Shown here one piece after another: positions 1-10,615 of a stretch of 64,000 nt of DNA. Location: NCBI GenBank assembly GCA_020184695.1, contig JAANOX010000050.1:111105-175104 (forward strand), in the 5' to 3' direction. The notes under the pieces are model-generated. The model saw only the letters and a program-made list of their open reading frames with translations, had not been told where the DNA came from and searched no databases. The DNA is from Histomonas meleagridis 2922-C6/04-290x. Lineage: Eukaryota > Protista > Parabasalia. The first letter of the stretch is position 1. Each line of letters starts with the position of its first letter. Both the position numbers and the translations under genes were made by a program.

Positions 1-2356
1 TAAAATTCCAATTAATTTACCTGATGAAGCAGGTAATAAAGTTATTAAGTATTTGGAATTGAGAAAATTTCACCATTATGTTTTCCAATGTTATTTCCGT
101 TTGGAAAACTTGTACCTATTTCAGGAAAAACAATTCGCGATAAAGCTAGATCTTTACTTTTGGCTCATCCATTTTATCGTTGCGGTAGACTTCAATGTTT
201 TTTAATTCTATTTTTATACTATGCTATTGTGACTAGAAATGCAGCTTTTATTCAAAATAGATTATCTTTTCAATATATTAACATTCCAAATGGAGCATCA
301 CGTAATATTCCGAATTCTCTTCTCAAATTAAATGATCCTGCATTCCCAGAATATTGGTCTCAAAAACAATCACATGTTCGCGCCATGTGCTGTGAGTTTG
401 GAGATCCTGACTTGATGCTTACATATACTTTTGTAAACTATTAGTCAGATGTTAAAATAATTGAAAATAATATTAAAAGAATAGGGTTTGAAACAAATAA
501 TTGTGATATAAGATTTTGTCCTAATGAAGAAATATCGATATGGCATTCACGATTTTCTGAAGTGTCCGAAAAAGGTTTTTCCCTATTAATTACACAAATG
601 GGTTTTGGGAATGTTGCTCATTATTGTTGGAGACTTGAATTTCAAGCGCGTGGCGCACCCCATGTACATGCTTTAATTTGGCTTCAGGAACGTATTTCAG
701 TTGAATCACTTCATGATAAATATTTTGCGCATGCACCAAATCCAGAGCTAAGAAAAATGTATCATCTAGTAAATTCTGCAATGATTCATTGAATTGATTA
801 GATTATGATTCATATACAATTGTAGAGTTCAAAGGTGTCTAAAAGGTAATCCTGATGGAAATTGTAAATATGGTTTTCCAAAACTACCATGCCATGAAAT
901 GTTCATAAATGAAGATGGTGAAATTTTTCTTCCACGTGATGAAAATGAAACTAGAATCATTGAATATTCACCTATTTTTCTATATAAGTGGGGTGGTCAC
1001 TGTCACATGCACATTTTAAGACATACAATGCATGAAAAATGCTCACCAAATGCAGTACATTATATCGTTAAATATAATTATAAACCCGAACCGAGTTTGA
1101 GATTACAAGTTTCTGATCAATCAAATAATTATAAAACAAGTTCTAATGCAAGAGTAGTTTCAGTTGAAGAAGCTTTAACTACTATGATATCTGGGGATGT
1201 GTCAAATGCAATAGAATGGGGACTTCGGAAAATTATGGGACAAATAGAATCAATTGATAGAGATAAATTATTTGGAGGGAAGAGTTTACTACTTCTTTTT
1301 GATGATTTAGCTCAGGTTCCGGCTGTGACAATTAATTCAGATGATTTAAATGAAGCTTTACATCAATTTCATGAAAGTATTTCATATAATGGGTTTATTA
1401 AATGGGAACTAAAACAATTAATAAGACAAAATCCTGATGAAAGACTTTTTATTGATTTACTAGATAATATTCGTAATCATGCTAACAATGAAGCTCTCAG
1501 CAATGATGTTTTAGTAAAATTGAAAAAAATTTTCATTCCTGGATTATTAGAAGATGTTGTAGATATTATAGATGATTTCATAAGACATGACAATCCTAAT
1601 GGAATGATAATTACATTTACAAATTCTATGGCGCAAATCTTTAACCAATATATTATTAACAAAAGAATGAATGCAAATGGTTATACAAAAATTCGATTAA
1701 ATGCTAAATTTCATATAAGAAATAAAACAAATTTTATTGCTAATCGATTCGATGATTATTCTACATCAATTAATAGACAAAATTCATTGACTGAGATGCA
1801 AATAGCTTCACAAGCTGATATTAAAATTTTATGTGCTGCAATGAACAAACATCATGTAAATTCAATAATACCTTTGTCTGTTTCGATTATTCCAGGAGCA
1901 AGGGTAATGCTTTTGCAAAATCTTGATGTTAACCTCGGGTTAATTAATGGTGCAAGAGGTGTGGTTGTAGATTATATTGAAAATATTGATTCGTTAGCTA
2001 TCAAATTCGATTCCCAGAATGAAAATGAAGAACCAATATTGATACCTCGAAAAAAAACATTAGAATATCAAATCAATGATGGAAAACAGATATTTATGTA
2101 TCAGTTTCCTATTAAGTTGGCTTGGGCAATCACAGCTCATAAAGCCCAAGGTCAAACATTAGAAAAAGTTGCCATACATATTGGAGAAAATGCATTTGCT
2201 CATGGAGCATTTTATGTTGCTTTCTCACGTGTAGAATCTTTATCCAATGTACGACTTTTTGGTCTCAAGGATTGGCCAGAAAATGGTCCTGCATTTCATG
2301 TAAATCCTTATATTCAATTCAAGCAAAATTCTCCAGCTGAAAATGAATTCATATAA
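1..2356 (+). mobile_element. Defective Helitron-like Rep-helicase (HUH endonuclease plus Pif1-like helicase), truncated by the window edge
   Basis: ORF pieces 88-444, 562-792 and 899-2356. Rep motifs: RLEFQARGAPHVHALIW (HUH), CKYGFP, HYIVKYNYK. Pif1 motifs: FGGKSLLLLFDDLAQVPAV, QLIRQ, GARVMLLQNLDVNLGLINGARGVV, QFPIKLAWAITAHKAQGQTL, YVAFSRV. In-frame stops at about 442 and 790; Walker A and B are absent. Confidence 0.85.
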
Positions 2357-2445
2357 TAGCTCTGAAATGAGAAATTCATAATAAATCAAAAATTAATTAT
2401 ATTTTTATTTTTTGTTTCTCTTTTTAAAATTAATTTGGCGTTTGA

Positions 2446-2472
2446 CACTTTTTGAGCTTCGCTCAAAAAGTG
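2446..2472. other. Perfect 12-bp inverted repeat (CACTTTTTGAGC-TTC-GCTCAAAAAGTG): Helitron subterminal hairpin or paired promoter motifs
   Basis: Read directly from the sequence. It lies about 90 nt after the helicase stop and 26 nt before the ATG at 2499. Confidence 0.6.
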
Positions 2473-2473
2473 G

Positions 2474-2495
2474 CCTTTCTTGTTTGACTTCATTT
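2474..2495 (+). promoter_or_regulatory. Trichomonad core promoter: CCTTT (M5-like) and Inr TCATTT just upstream of the ankyrin gene ATG
   Basis: CCTTT at 2474-2478, TCATTT at 2490-2495, ATG at 2499. Confidence 0.55.
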
Positions 2496-2498
2496 TGA

Positions 2499-5400
2499 AT
2501 GGATGAAACAAGCCATGATTCATCTGATGGTCAATTCGACAATCTCCAAATACCACATTCACTAGAACAAATTATATTTGATTTAAATGAAGAAAATCTC
2601 GAATTTGCGATTCAAAAAACGATAAATTTATTTGATACCAATTACAGTTATTCATTTAATTTAGTTATATGTTTTTTAGTTTATTCAGCATTTTCCTCTC
2701 AAATGAATGAAAGTAATTTATATTTTAAATACTTACGAAATATTGAAGAGAAAGAAAAAGAATTAAAATGTGATGATAAAATCATCGAAATCTTTGGTAA
2801 TTATATATCTGTTATTAAAGAGAATGAAGCGTATTATTTAATTAACGAAATGATTGAACAAAATTTAATGAATCAAAATGTAATTAAGAATAATAATTCG
2901 AAATATTTCGCACATTATAAAACAGAAATAGAAAACAAAATGAGAAATAATGGTGAATCATATGAAAGGGCTTTTGTAAATAATTATGAAGAACTTTCAA
3001 AGAATGATTTTGAACTTCATAAGAAATATATTAAAGAAGGACATAATCCAAAAGAAATTGCAGAAATAATACGAAATGATGATATCGAAAGACTTAAAGA
3101 AATTATGTCACAATCTAATTTAAATTTTAATCAAAGAATTGAACCATCGCTTTATGAAAGATGTTCATATATTAATCAAGGAGATATTCGAATAGTTGAT
3201 TATGCAGCATTTTTTGGATCAATTAAATGCTTTAAATACCTTAAGATGAATGGTTGTAATATAAATAATTCAACCACTTATGCAATTGCAGGTGGTAACA
3301 TTGAAATCATTCATTTATGCGAACAAAATCATTCATCATTTAATGGAGCATTTGAAGCAGCAATTAAATTCCATAAAAATGATATTTTTCATTATATTTA
3401 TGATAATAATTTAGAAACATTTGAAAATAATTATCGACGTAATTCATCAAATAATATCGATAGTTTAGCAATTTTATGTGTTAAACATGGAAACTATGAA
3501 ATTCTTTCATTTCTTGAAAAACAAAAGTTCTCTGTTGGTAATAATATTATTAATGAAGCTGCAAGAACAGGTAATATATATCTTGTTAAGCATTTTCTTC
3601 AAAATAATGTAACACCTAATAACATATTAATATATGCAACTGAATTTGGGAACTTCGAACTTGTGAAATATCTTTTACACACTGATGGTGATGATCATGT
3701 TGATAAACCAAATATTTGTTTATCTTATTTGAAATTTTATTATAATATTTAAAATCGATCTAATCTTAAAAATGGAAAAATGTCAAAACGATTTAATAAA
3801 TATGCTTCCTAAACAAGAAGGAAATAATAATAATAACGAATTTTATATGATTTTTATAATGATTATATAAAATATTTCAAGTTTTTAATAAGAATTTAAA
3901 ATTTTTTCTTAATATTTATAACTGAAATTTTAATGAGAATGAAGAATGAACAAAAGGAACTTTTAAATCTTTTCAATGGAAAACAAGATATTAATGTAAA
4001 TGCTACAGATGTTTCACAATTTTATTTGGCATTTGTTTTATTAAAATGATATATGATAATAATATTTGGAAATCTCTTAAAATATTTAACACAGCACTTA
4101 TTAAAGCGGCATCAAAAGGTTATATTAAGATTGTGAAACTACTTCTTAATAATAAAATAGCAAATGTAAACATAAAAAATGTTTTTTTATTTGAGTTCAA
4201 AATAATTTTATTTATTTAATATATCAAGAAAATATTTAATGTATTATATAATTTTGTGAAACAGCTTTCATGTTATCTTTGAAGAACGATCACATTGAGA
4301 TAGCTAAATTACTACAAGAAACAGAACAAAATGATATTAATGCTCAAGATATTCAATTGTTTTATTTCAAATTTGTTATAATCATATCAAGTTTCAATAT
4401 AATATTTGGAAATTGTTCAAAACTTTTAAAACAGCACTTATTTATGCATCTTCAAAAGGTAATATAGAAATAGTGAAATTACTACTTGGAAAAGAAGGAA
4501 TTAATATTAATGCTAAAGATATTTATATATTTTATTCAATGTTTGTGTGAATTATTCAATATTTCAGTATAAAATTTGGAATTTATTTTAGTTTTTTGAT
4601 ACAGCACTTATGCATGCATGTAAAAAAGGTTTTTCAGATATAGTTAAATTACTACTTGAACAAAATGGAATTGACATTAATGTTAAAGATATTTATTTGT
4701 TTTATTAAAAGTTTATCAAAATAATTTAGAGTTTCAAAATAATATTTGACAATTATTTAAAGCATTTAATACAGCACTTATAAATGCATCTTCAAATGGT
4801 AATATTGAAATTATTAAATTACTACTTGAAAAAGAAGGAATTGATATCAATGCCAAAGATATTTATTTGTTGTATTTGGAATTTATTTTAATAATTTTGG
4901 ATTTCAAAATAATATTTGAAGATTGTTTAAAATATTTCGAACAGCGCTTTTTATGGCGATTTTTAAAGATAGCATAGAAGTTGTCAAATTACTTCTTGAA
5001 CAAGAAGGAATTGACATCAATGCAAAGGATATTTATTAGATTCATTCAGATTTTCTTTTAATAATTTGGTGTTTTAAAATAATATTTGGAAATTAATGAA
5101 AATATTTAATACAGCATTTATAATTGCATCTTCAAATGGTAATATAGAAATCGTTAAATTACTTCTTGAACAAGAAGGGATTGATATTAATGCTAAAGAT
5201 GTTTCTTCGTTTTTGCTTAATGCTTATTCCAATAATTTAAGATTTCAAACTAATATTTGGAAATTATTTGAAATATTCGAAACAGCTTTGATGAATGCAT
5301 CTGAAAACAATCATATTGAAATTGTTAAATTACTTATTGAACTAGAAAATATTGATATAAATGCTAAAAATATTTGTTTCTATTATATATTGTTTATTAT

Positions 5401-7340
5401 ATTAATTTGATTTTCCTTGTTAATTTTTGGGATTTATTCAAATTGATTAAAACTGCATTGATGAATGCATCTGAAGACAATCATATTGAAATTACAACAT
5501 TACTTCTTCATCATAAAGAAATAGACATCAATACTCAAGACATTTATTTAAACTATATAGATATTATTTATATCATATCATGTTTCATGATAATATTTGG
5601 AAATTATTTAAAGAATTTGAAACAGCTCTTATTTTCGCGTCTAAAAAAGGTTCTGTAGAAATTGTTAAATTACTTCTTGAACAAGAAGGAATAAATATTA
5701 ATACTAAAGATATTTAATTGTTTTGTTTATGATTTATTTTTGTGATTTTGGCTCTCAAAACTTTATTTGGAAATTGATTAAATCATTTGAAACAGCATTA
5801 ATTGGATCATTTCGAAGTGGTAGTATGGAAATATTCAAAATTCTTCTCGAGCAAAAAGGAATTGATATTAATGTTAAAAATATTTATAAGTTTTATTTAA
5901 AATTTGTTTTAATAATTTTTAAATTCAAAACAAAATATGGAAATTATTTACATCATTTTGGTCAGTTCTAATAATGGTATCAGCAAATGCAGACGTAGAA
6001 AAAGTTAAATTGCTTCTTGAACAAGATGGAATTGATATTAATGCTAAAGATATTAATATGTTTTGTTTAAAATTTAATTTATGTTTTCAAAATCTTAAAA
6101 AGACATTTGGAAATTACAAAAATTATTTGATACAGCTCTTATATATGCATCGAGAATGGGTCACACAGAAATAGTTAAATTACTTCTTCAACAAGAAGGA
6201 ATTGATATAAATATCGAAAATATTTATTTTCTTTATTTGATATCCATTTTAATGATTTGAGATTCCAAAATAATATTTGGAGATTACTCAAAGTATTTTG
6301 GACTCCTATATTATGTGCATCTCAATATGGACATAGAGAAATAGTTAAATTACTACTTGAACAAGAAGGAATTAATATCAAATATCAAAATATTTATCAT
6401 AATTTTATGTATTATTATAATATTTGGAGATTTTTTGAAGCATTTATAGCACCACTTTTGTGCGCAACATGGAATGGTCATATAGAAATTATAAAAATGC
6501 TTCTTGCGCAAAAAGAAACTGATGTAAATGTTACAGATATTTATTTTCTTTAATTTATTTTTGCTTTATTGATTTGATATATATAAATAACATTTGGGAA
6601 ATATTCAAATTATTTCAAACATCACTTATGCTCGCATCTCAGAAAGGTTATTTGGAAATTTTCAAAGTACTTCTTGAAAGAGATGAAATTGATATCAATA
6701 TCAAAGATATAAATTAATTTTACTTAAAGTATAACTTAATTTTTTAATATACCAAACTAATATTGGGAAATCATTATTATATTATCTTACAGCACTTATG
6801 TTCGCATCTGGAAATGATCGCACAGATATAGTTAAATTACTTCTTGAACAAGAAGGAATAGATATCAATGCACAAAATAATAAAGGGAACACAGCAGTTC
6901 TCATTGCAGCTGCTAAAAATAATAATGCAATTGTTCAGTTGTTTAATGAAAAAGGAGTTACATATGATATACAAAAATTGCTATCCAATAATAGTAGAGA
7001 AAACATTTTACGTGAAGTAAATTTACCTGGAGACCAACTACCTGATTCCCTAATTTCTCAAATTCCAAGGAATATGGGGCATTGTACCTTTGAAGTAACT
7101 GGATATAATCGTGCATTTCATGAAAAATATTACTTGTGCAATACATGTGGAGTATTTCCTCCATATGCTATATGTAAACAATGCGCAAAAATATGCCATA
7201 TGGGACATAATTTGATAAAAGTTACTCCTAAAAATTCTGAAGGTATATATTGCGAGTGCGGAGCAGGTCATTGCCTTTTCCCATGTAAGATAATAGAGAA
7301 AAACGAAAGAAAAAACAAATCAACGTGTATTATTTCTTGA
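2499..7340 (+). CDS. DUF3447-like N-terminal domain, about 20 ankyrin repeats and a C-terminal UBR-type zinc finger; interrupted by 18 non-canonical spacers plus one short 37-nt one (about 1204 aa if joined)
   Basis: 2499-3752 has DUF3447-type motifs (YAAFFGSIKCFKYL, YAIAGGNIEIIHLCEQ). Stop-free 30-codon ankyrin modules start at 3921, 4091, 4261 ... 6619, 6789. 6789-7340 ends in CTFEVTG..YYLCNTC..ICKQCAKICHMGH..CECG. Removing 16x68 + 69 + 45 + 25 nt leaves 3615 nt, or 1205 codons. Confidence 0.75.
3841..6878 (+). repeat. 170-nt tandem unit: 90-nt ankyrin module plus 80-nt spacer (18 spacers)
   Basis: Spacers start at 3841, 4011, 4181, 4351, 4521, 4691, 4861, 5031, 5201 (81 nt), 5372, 5542, 5712, 5882, 6052, 6222, 6392 (57 nt), 6539 and 6709. 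Confidence 0.95.
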
Positions 7341-7484
7341 AAGAAACAAAAAAAATCTTATCTTAGAAACTTTTAAATGCTGTTTCATATTTATTTCCAA
7401 TAATAAAAATAAAAATGTTTGATTTTATAGATATTTAATAATTATTAATTTATGATGAAATTTATTAGATTGAGCAAACATAAG

Positions 7485-8495
7485 TTAATACAAATATAGG
7501 TCAGCTACAATGTCCTCTCTACTTGCAAATTGAGGATACATATGTAAACATTCGAGTCCTCTTAAAATCACTGACACTTTTTTAACGTCCTCCTTTTCGA
7601 GTTCTTTTGGATGCAAAAACGAAACAAAAAAGACGCATCTGATGTCCGTCTTAGTGTTAACATAGCTCAAGAATAAGCTCATAATTTGTTTCTGCTCTGG
7701 GAGATCAGCATCAGGACACTGTGTGAAAATATCAACCATATCTTCAAAAGGAAGATCAGTGAAACTAATTTTGTGATGGCTTCCAGCGTTTTGGAAAGGA
7801 AACTCTACGAGTTTACGTAAGTTTTTGGAAAGTATAGGAATAAGGTGTTTGTGAAGATTTAAATCATTATTTACAAAAATGCGAAGAAGAAGTTGTAAAT
7901 GCCCCCAATTATTAGCAGTATCAATAACTTTATAGATTTTTCCTGAATCATTGAGCTCGTTTAGCTTATATTTAAAATCGTCCGATTTTTTCTCTAAAGA
8001 ATCATAGAGTGTGTCACATAATTCGAAAAAACAGAGAAGGTCATCTGCATTAGTGTGTTCTGGAGGGTAATAAAACGTGATTGGTGGTTTAAATAATTGT
8101 TTTTGAGGAAAGTATTGGTGAATATAAAAGCAATCTTCCCAAAACATTTGTATATGCGAATTTTGGTTGGGGTTGGAATTGTGATTAATGAAATCAAAAG
8201 GAACAGTTGCATTCGAAATCACGACAGAAAACCGACCTGATAAATAAATCGGGGACAGCTCAGTTCCTATTTGGTTGAGTAGCTCTTGCAGTTGTGGTCG
8301 CTTTTTAGAAGCAGCATGAATCAATGCATAAATTTCATTTGGCTTAAAAATATTTCTAATTTGTTCAGAAGCTAAATGCTCTTTCACCTGATTGAATGTT
8401 TCATTTGAAATTTGCAATAATTTCTCTAATATAATTTTTGCAAATTTTGATTTTTCTTCTTTCTGACTCATGTATTTGTCACTTTTCCGGGCCAC
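7485..8495 (-). CDS. Hypothetical protein (336 aa)
   Basis: Long ORF with ATG in AT-rich DNA; no motif recognised. Confidence 0.75.
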   Translation of the reverse strand: MARKSDKYMSQKEEKSKFAKIILEKLLQISNETFNQVKEHLASEQIRNIFKPNEIYALIHAASKKRPQLQELLNQIGTELSPIYLSGRFSVVISNATVPFDFINHNSNPNQNSHIQMFWEDCFYIHQYFPQKQLFKPPITFYYPPEHTNADDLLCFFELCDTLYDSLEKKSDDFKYKLNELNDSGKIYKVIDTANNWGHLQLLLRIFVNNDLNLHKHLIPILSKNLRKLVEFPFQNAGSHHKISFTDLPFEDMVDIFTQCPDADLPEQKQIMSLFLSYVNTKTDIRCVFFVSFLHPKELEKEDVKKVSVILRGLECLHMYPQFASREDIVADLYLY

Positions 8496-8868
8496 TCCTG
8501 TTTCATTTTTTGAATTATTTACTTACGTAAGCAAAACTGTTTATTTTTTTTTTTTTTTTATGTTATATTCCAGGAATAATAATATATATATTGTTTTGAT
8601 TAGGATTGAAAAAAGAAACAAATTTCATGTAAAAAATCTAGCAGTTCATTTAAAATATTTAGATATGAAAAAAAAAAATAATCACCTAAAAATTTAATTT
8701 TTTCTAATATTGCGATGTACATAAACAATAGAAGCAGGCATCTATTGTTTAAGTCTAAGGTTTAAGTTTCATCCTCAGAAGTATCTATCTCGACTTTCAA
8801 CTTGTCCAAGTTAAAAATTGAAGAACGTTAAAATGCGATGCAAAATATGTAAACGGTCTTTATTCAAA

Positions 8869-9711
8869 ATGAGGAAAATCCACATGCTGATTCTAGGGAT
8901 CGAAACACCACTTGGACAAACATTACTCAAGGAAATGAAGGAAAATTTTGGGTTTCTTCAAGTAGCAGTGCCGTCTGGAATTTATCCAGATGATATTAAT
9001 ATTCCTTCAAATTTAATTAATGTCCCTCTTGACAACAGACAGGAATTAACAAAAGTATTTGAAAATTTCATTAGAGTTGTTGTTTCATGTTCTGAAAAAT
9101 ATTCAAATGAAACAATATTCAATGCAGCAAAAGATTCAAATACTAAATTTATTGATGCACAGTATTCCTATCCTCAAGCTGTTATTGAAGCTTCTTTATA
9201 TAATTTGGCGTTCAATCCAACAAAAATGCATGCTTATCAATCAGCAAGCGGTATTGGTATTCGGGGGTTATGGATACTATCACATCAAAAACAATTTCCA
9301 AGTATTCCTCACGAAGAAAACAATGAATGGATCATCGAAAAAGATTCATATCATATCAATGACGTTGATATAAAGCACTATATATACTTTAGCAACAAAA
9401 TTTTTGCAATGCTTTTTTACGTTGCAGCCATTCTTTTACGTATAATATTTCCATTTGGGTATTGCAAATCAACATATTCATCAATCTGCAATTGGAAATT
9501 TGAAGGCGAAACAATTGAACATAAGAAACGATATTCGTTCTCGTCAACAGCAGTATCTGTGGATGCAAATTACATTCGACCAGATCTGGTAATTCTTCAT
9601 TTTCTAAAAGCGCTTGGTGTCAATGAAAATGAGTCTGCAGATTGGAGATGTTTCAAAAGATTCAAACTCCAACTAAAAGAGTATACACCTATAAATGAAA
9701 ATAATGAATAA
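8869..9711 (+). CDS. Rossmann-fold protein, divergent saccharopine-dehydrogenase-like
   Basis: N-terminal MLILGIETPLGQTLL and RVVVSCSEKY..FNAAKDSNTKFIDA resemble the nucleotide-binding domain. ATG at 8869 follows an Inr-like TTCAAA. Confidence 0.5.
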   Translation: MRKIHMLILGIETPLGQTLLKEMKENFGFLQVAVPSGIYPDDINIPSNLINVPLDNRQELTKVFENFIRVVVSCSEKYSNETIFNAAKDSNTKFIDAQYSYPQAVIEASLYNLAFNPTKMHAYQSASGIGIRGLWILSHQKQFPSIPHEENNEWIIEKDSYHINDVDIKHYIYFSNKIFAMLFYVAAILLRIIFPFGYCKSTYSSICNWKFEGETIEHKKRYSFSSTAVSVDANYIRPDLVILHFLKALGVNENESADWRCFKRFKLQLKEYTPINENNE

Positions 9712-9929
9712 ATTAATGTTGAACTGTTCTTAAAATAATGATGTTTTTGATTTCAAAAATCTTGGTTTTTTACTTCAACATATTTAGAGGAATTCATTCC
9801 TTTTTTTGGACAAATTACATCAACTCAATAAAGAAGACGTTAACATCAACTTCAGCTTAGCATTAAGAACGTGCACTAGTGAACATAGGAATAATGTTGC
9901 TTTTAACAAGATTTAAAAAATTCTAATTT

Positions 9930-10442
9930 TTATAATTTTTTCAATAAAATCCAATCTGTTTGTGGATCTTTTCCAAGAACAAATGTATGTTCTCCAATCC
10001 TTTCGAATCCATATTTCTTGTAGAACTTTTGTGCATCAAAGTTTTTCTCCCAAACTCCAAGCCAAATTCCTGTACATTTTTGTGTTTTTGCATGTTTAAT
10101 TGCTTCATCCATCAGCATTGAACCAAGCCCAAGGCGTTTATAATCGGAGTCAATATATATCCTTTGGATTTCAGCATAATCTTTTCCTATATCTTCTGTT
10201 TGCGCATCACCATAATTTAATTTCAAGTATCCAGCAATATTACCATTTGTTTCAGCAAATAAATGAATCGACTTTGGGTTATTTATTTCAGAAAGTAAAA
10301 TGTCTTCTGAATATGAATCTTTCAGATATTTTTCTAAATCTTCAGGCGTATTTTGTGCGGAAAACGTATCTGAAAAAGTTTTCACACATATTTTTTGTAG
10401 TAATTTCACATCCTTTGGATGAACAATCCTTATGCTTTTCAT
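9930..10442 (-). CDS. GNAT N-acetyltransferase, PaiA/spermidine acetyltransferase-like (bacterial type)
   Basis: TFSDTFSAQNTPEDL, EIQRIYIDSDYKRLGLGSMLM, IWLGVWEKNFDAQKFYKKYGFERIGEHTFVLGKDPQTDWIL. Confidence 0.9.
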   Translation of the reverse strand: MKSIRIVHPKDVKLLQKICVKTFSDTFSAQNTPEDLEKYLKDSYSEDILLSEINNPKSIHLFAETNGNIAGYLKLNYGDAQTEDIGKDYAEIQRIYIDSDYKRLGLGSMLMDEAIKHAKTQKCTGIWLGVWEKNFDAQKFYKKYGFERIGEHTFVLGKDPQTDWILLKKL

Positions 10443-10615
10443 TTATATAACCTTTGGTCATCATCTGAAAAAGTGAATTTTGAAAGCAAAATAATCGTTT
10501 TATCAAAGACTTTACATAAAATAAAATTAATTTTACAATTTGTTTGATTTCAATTTATATTTCAATCATAAGTAAAAGGAATTTCAAATTACATTTTTTT
10601 ATTCATTATAAAAAT

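Noticed and set aside
4349-4432. U12-type AT-AC intron (G|ATAT...AAAC|)
   Set aside because: The result is out of frame, there is no ATATCCTT consensus or U12 branch site, and the bases vary as D/N/S/T codons.
4359-4434. Canonical GT...ACAG intron using the GT at spacer position 9 and the ACAG of ACA GCA
   Set aside because: It removes 76 nt and leaves 94, which is out of frame. It destroys the TAL motif, and many units lack the GT or the AG (e.g. 4521, 5031, 6302).
4521-4770. One programmed ribosomal frameshift per spacer
   Set aside because: In spacers 4521 and 4691 the incoming frame stops early and the outgoing frame has a later stop, so one shift cannot traverse them.
3841-6788. Stop-codon reassignment or sequencing error as the explanation
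   Set aside because: TAA, TAG and TGA all end normal genes here. Reassignment would not fix the 80-nt frame offset, and errors would not give an exact period at several loci on both strands.
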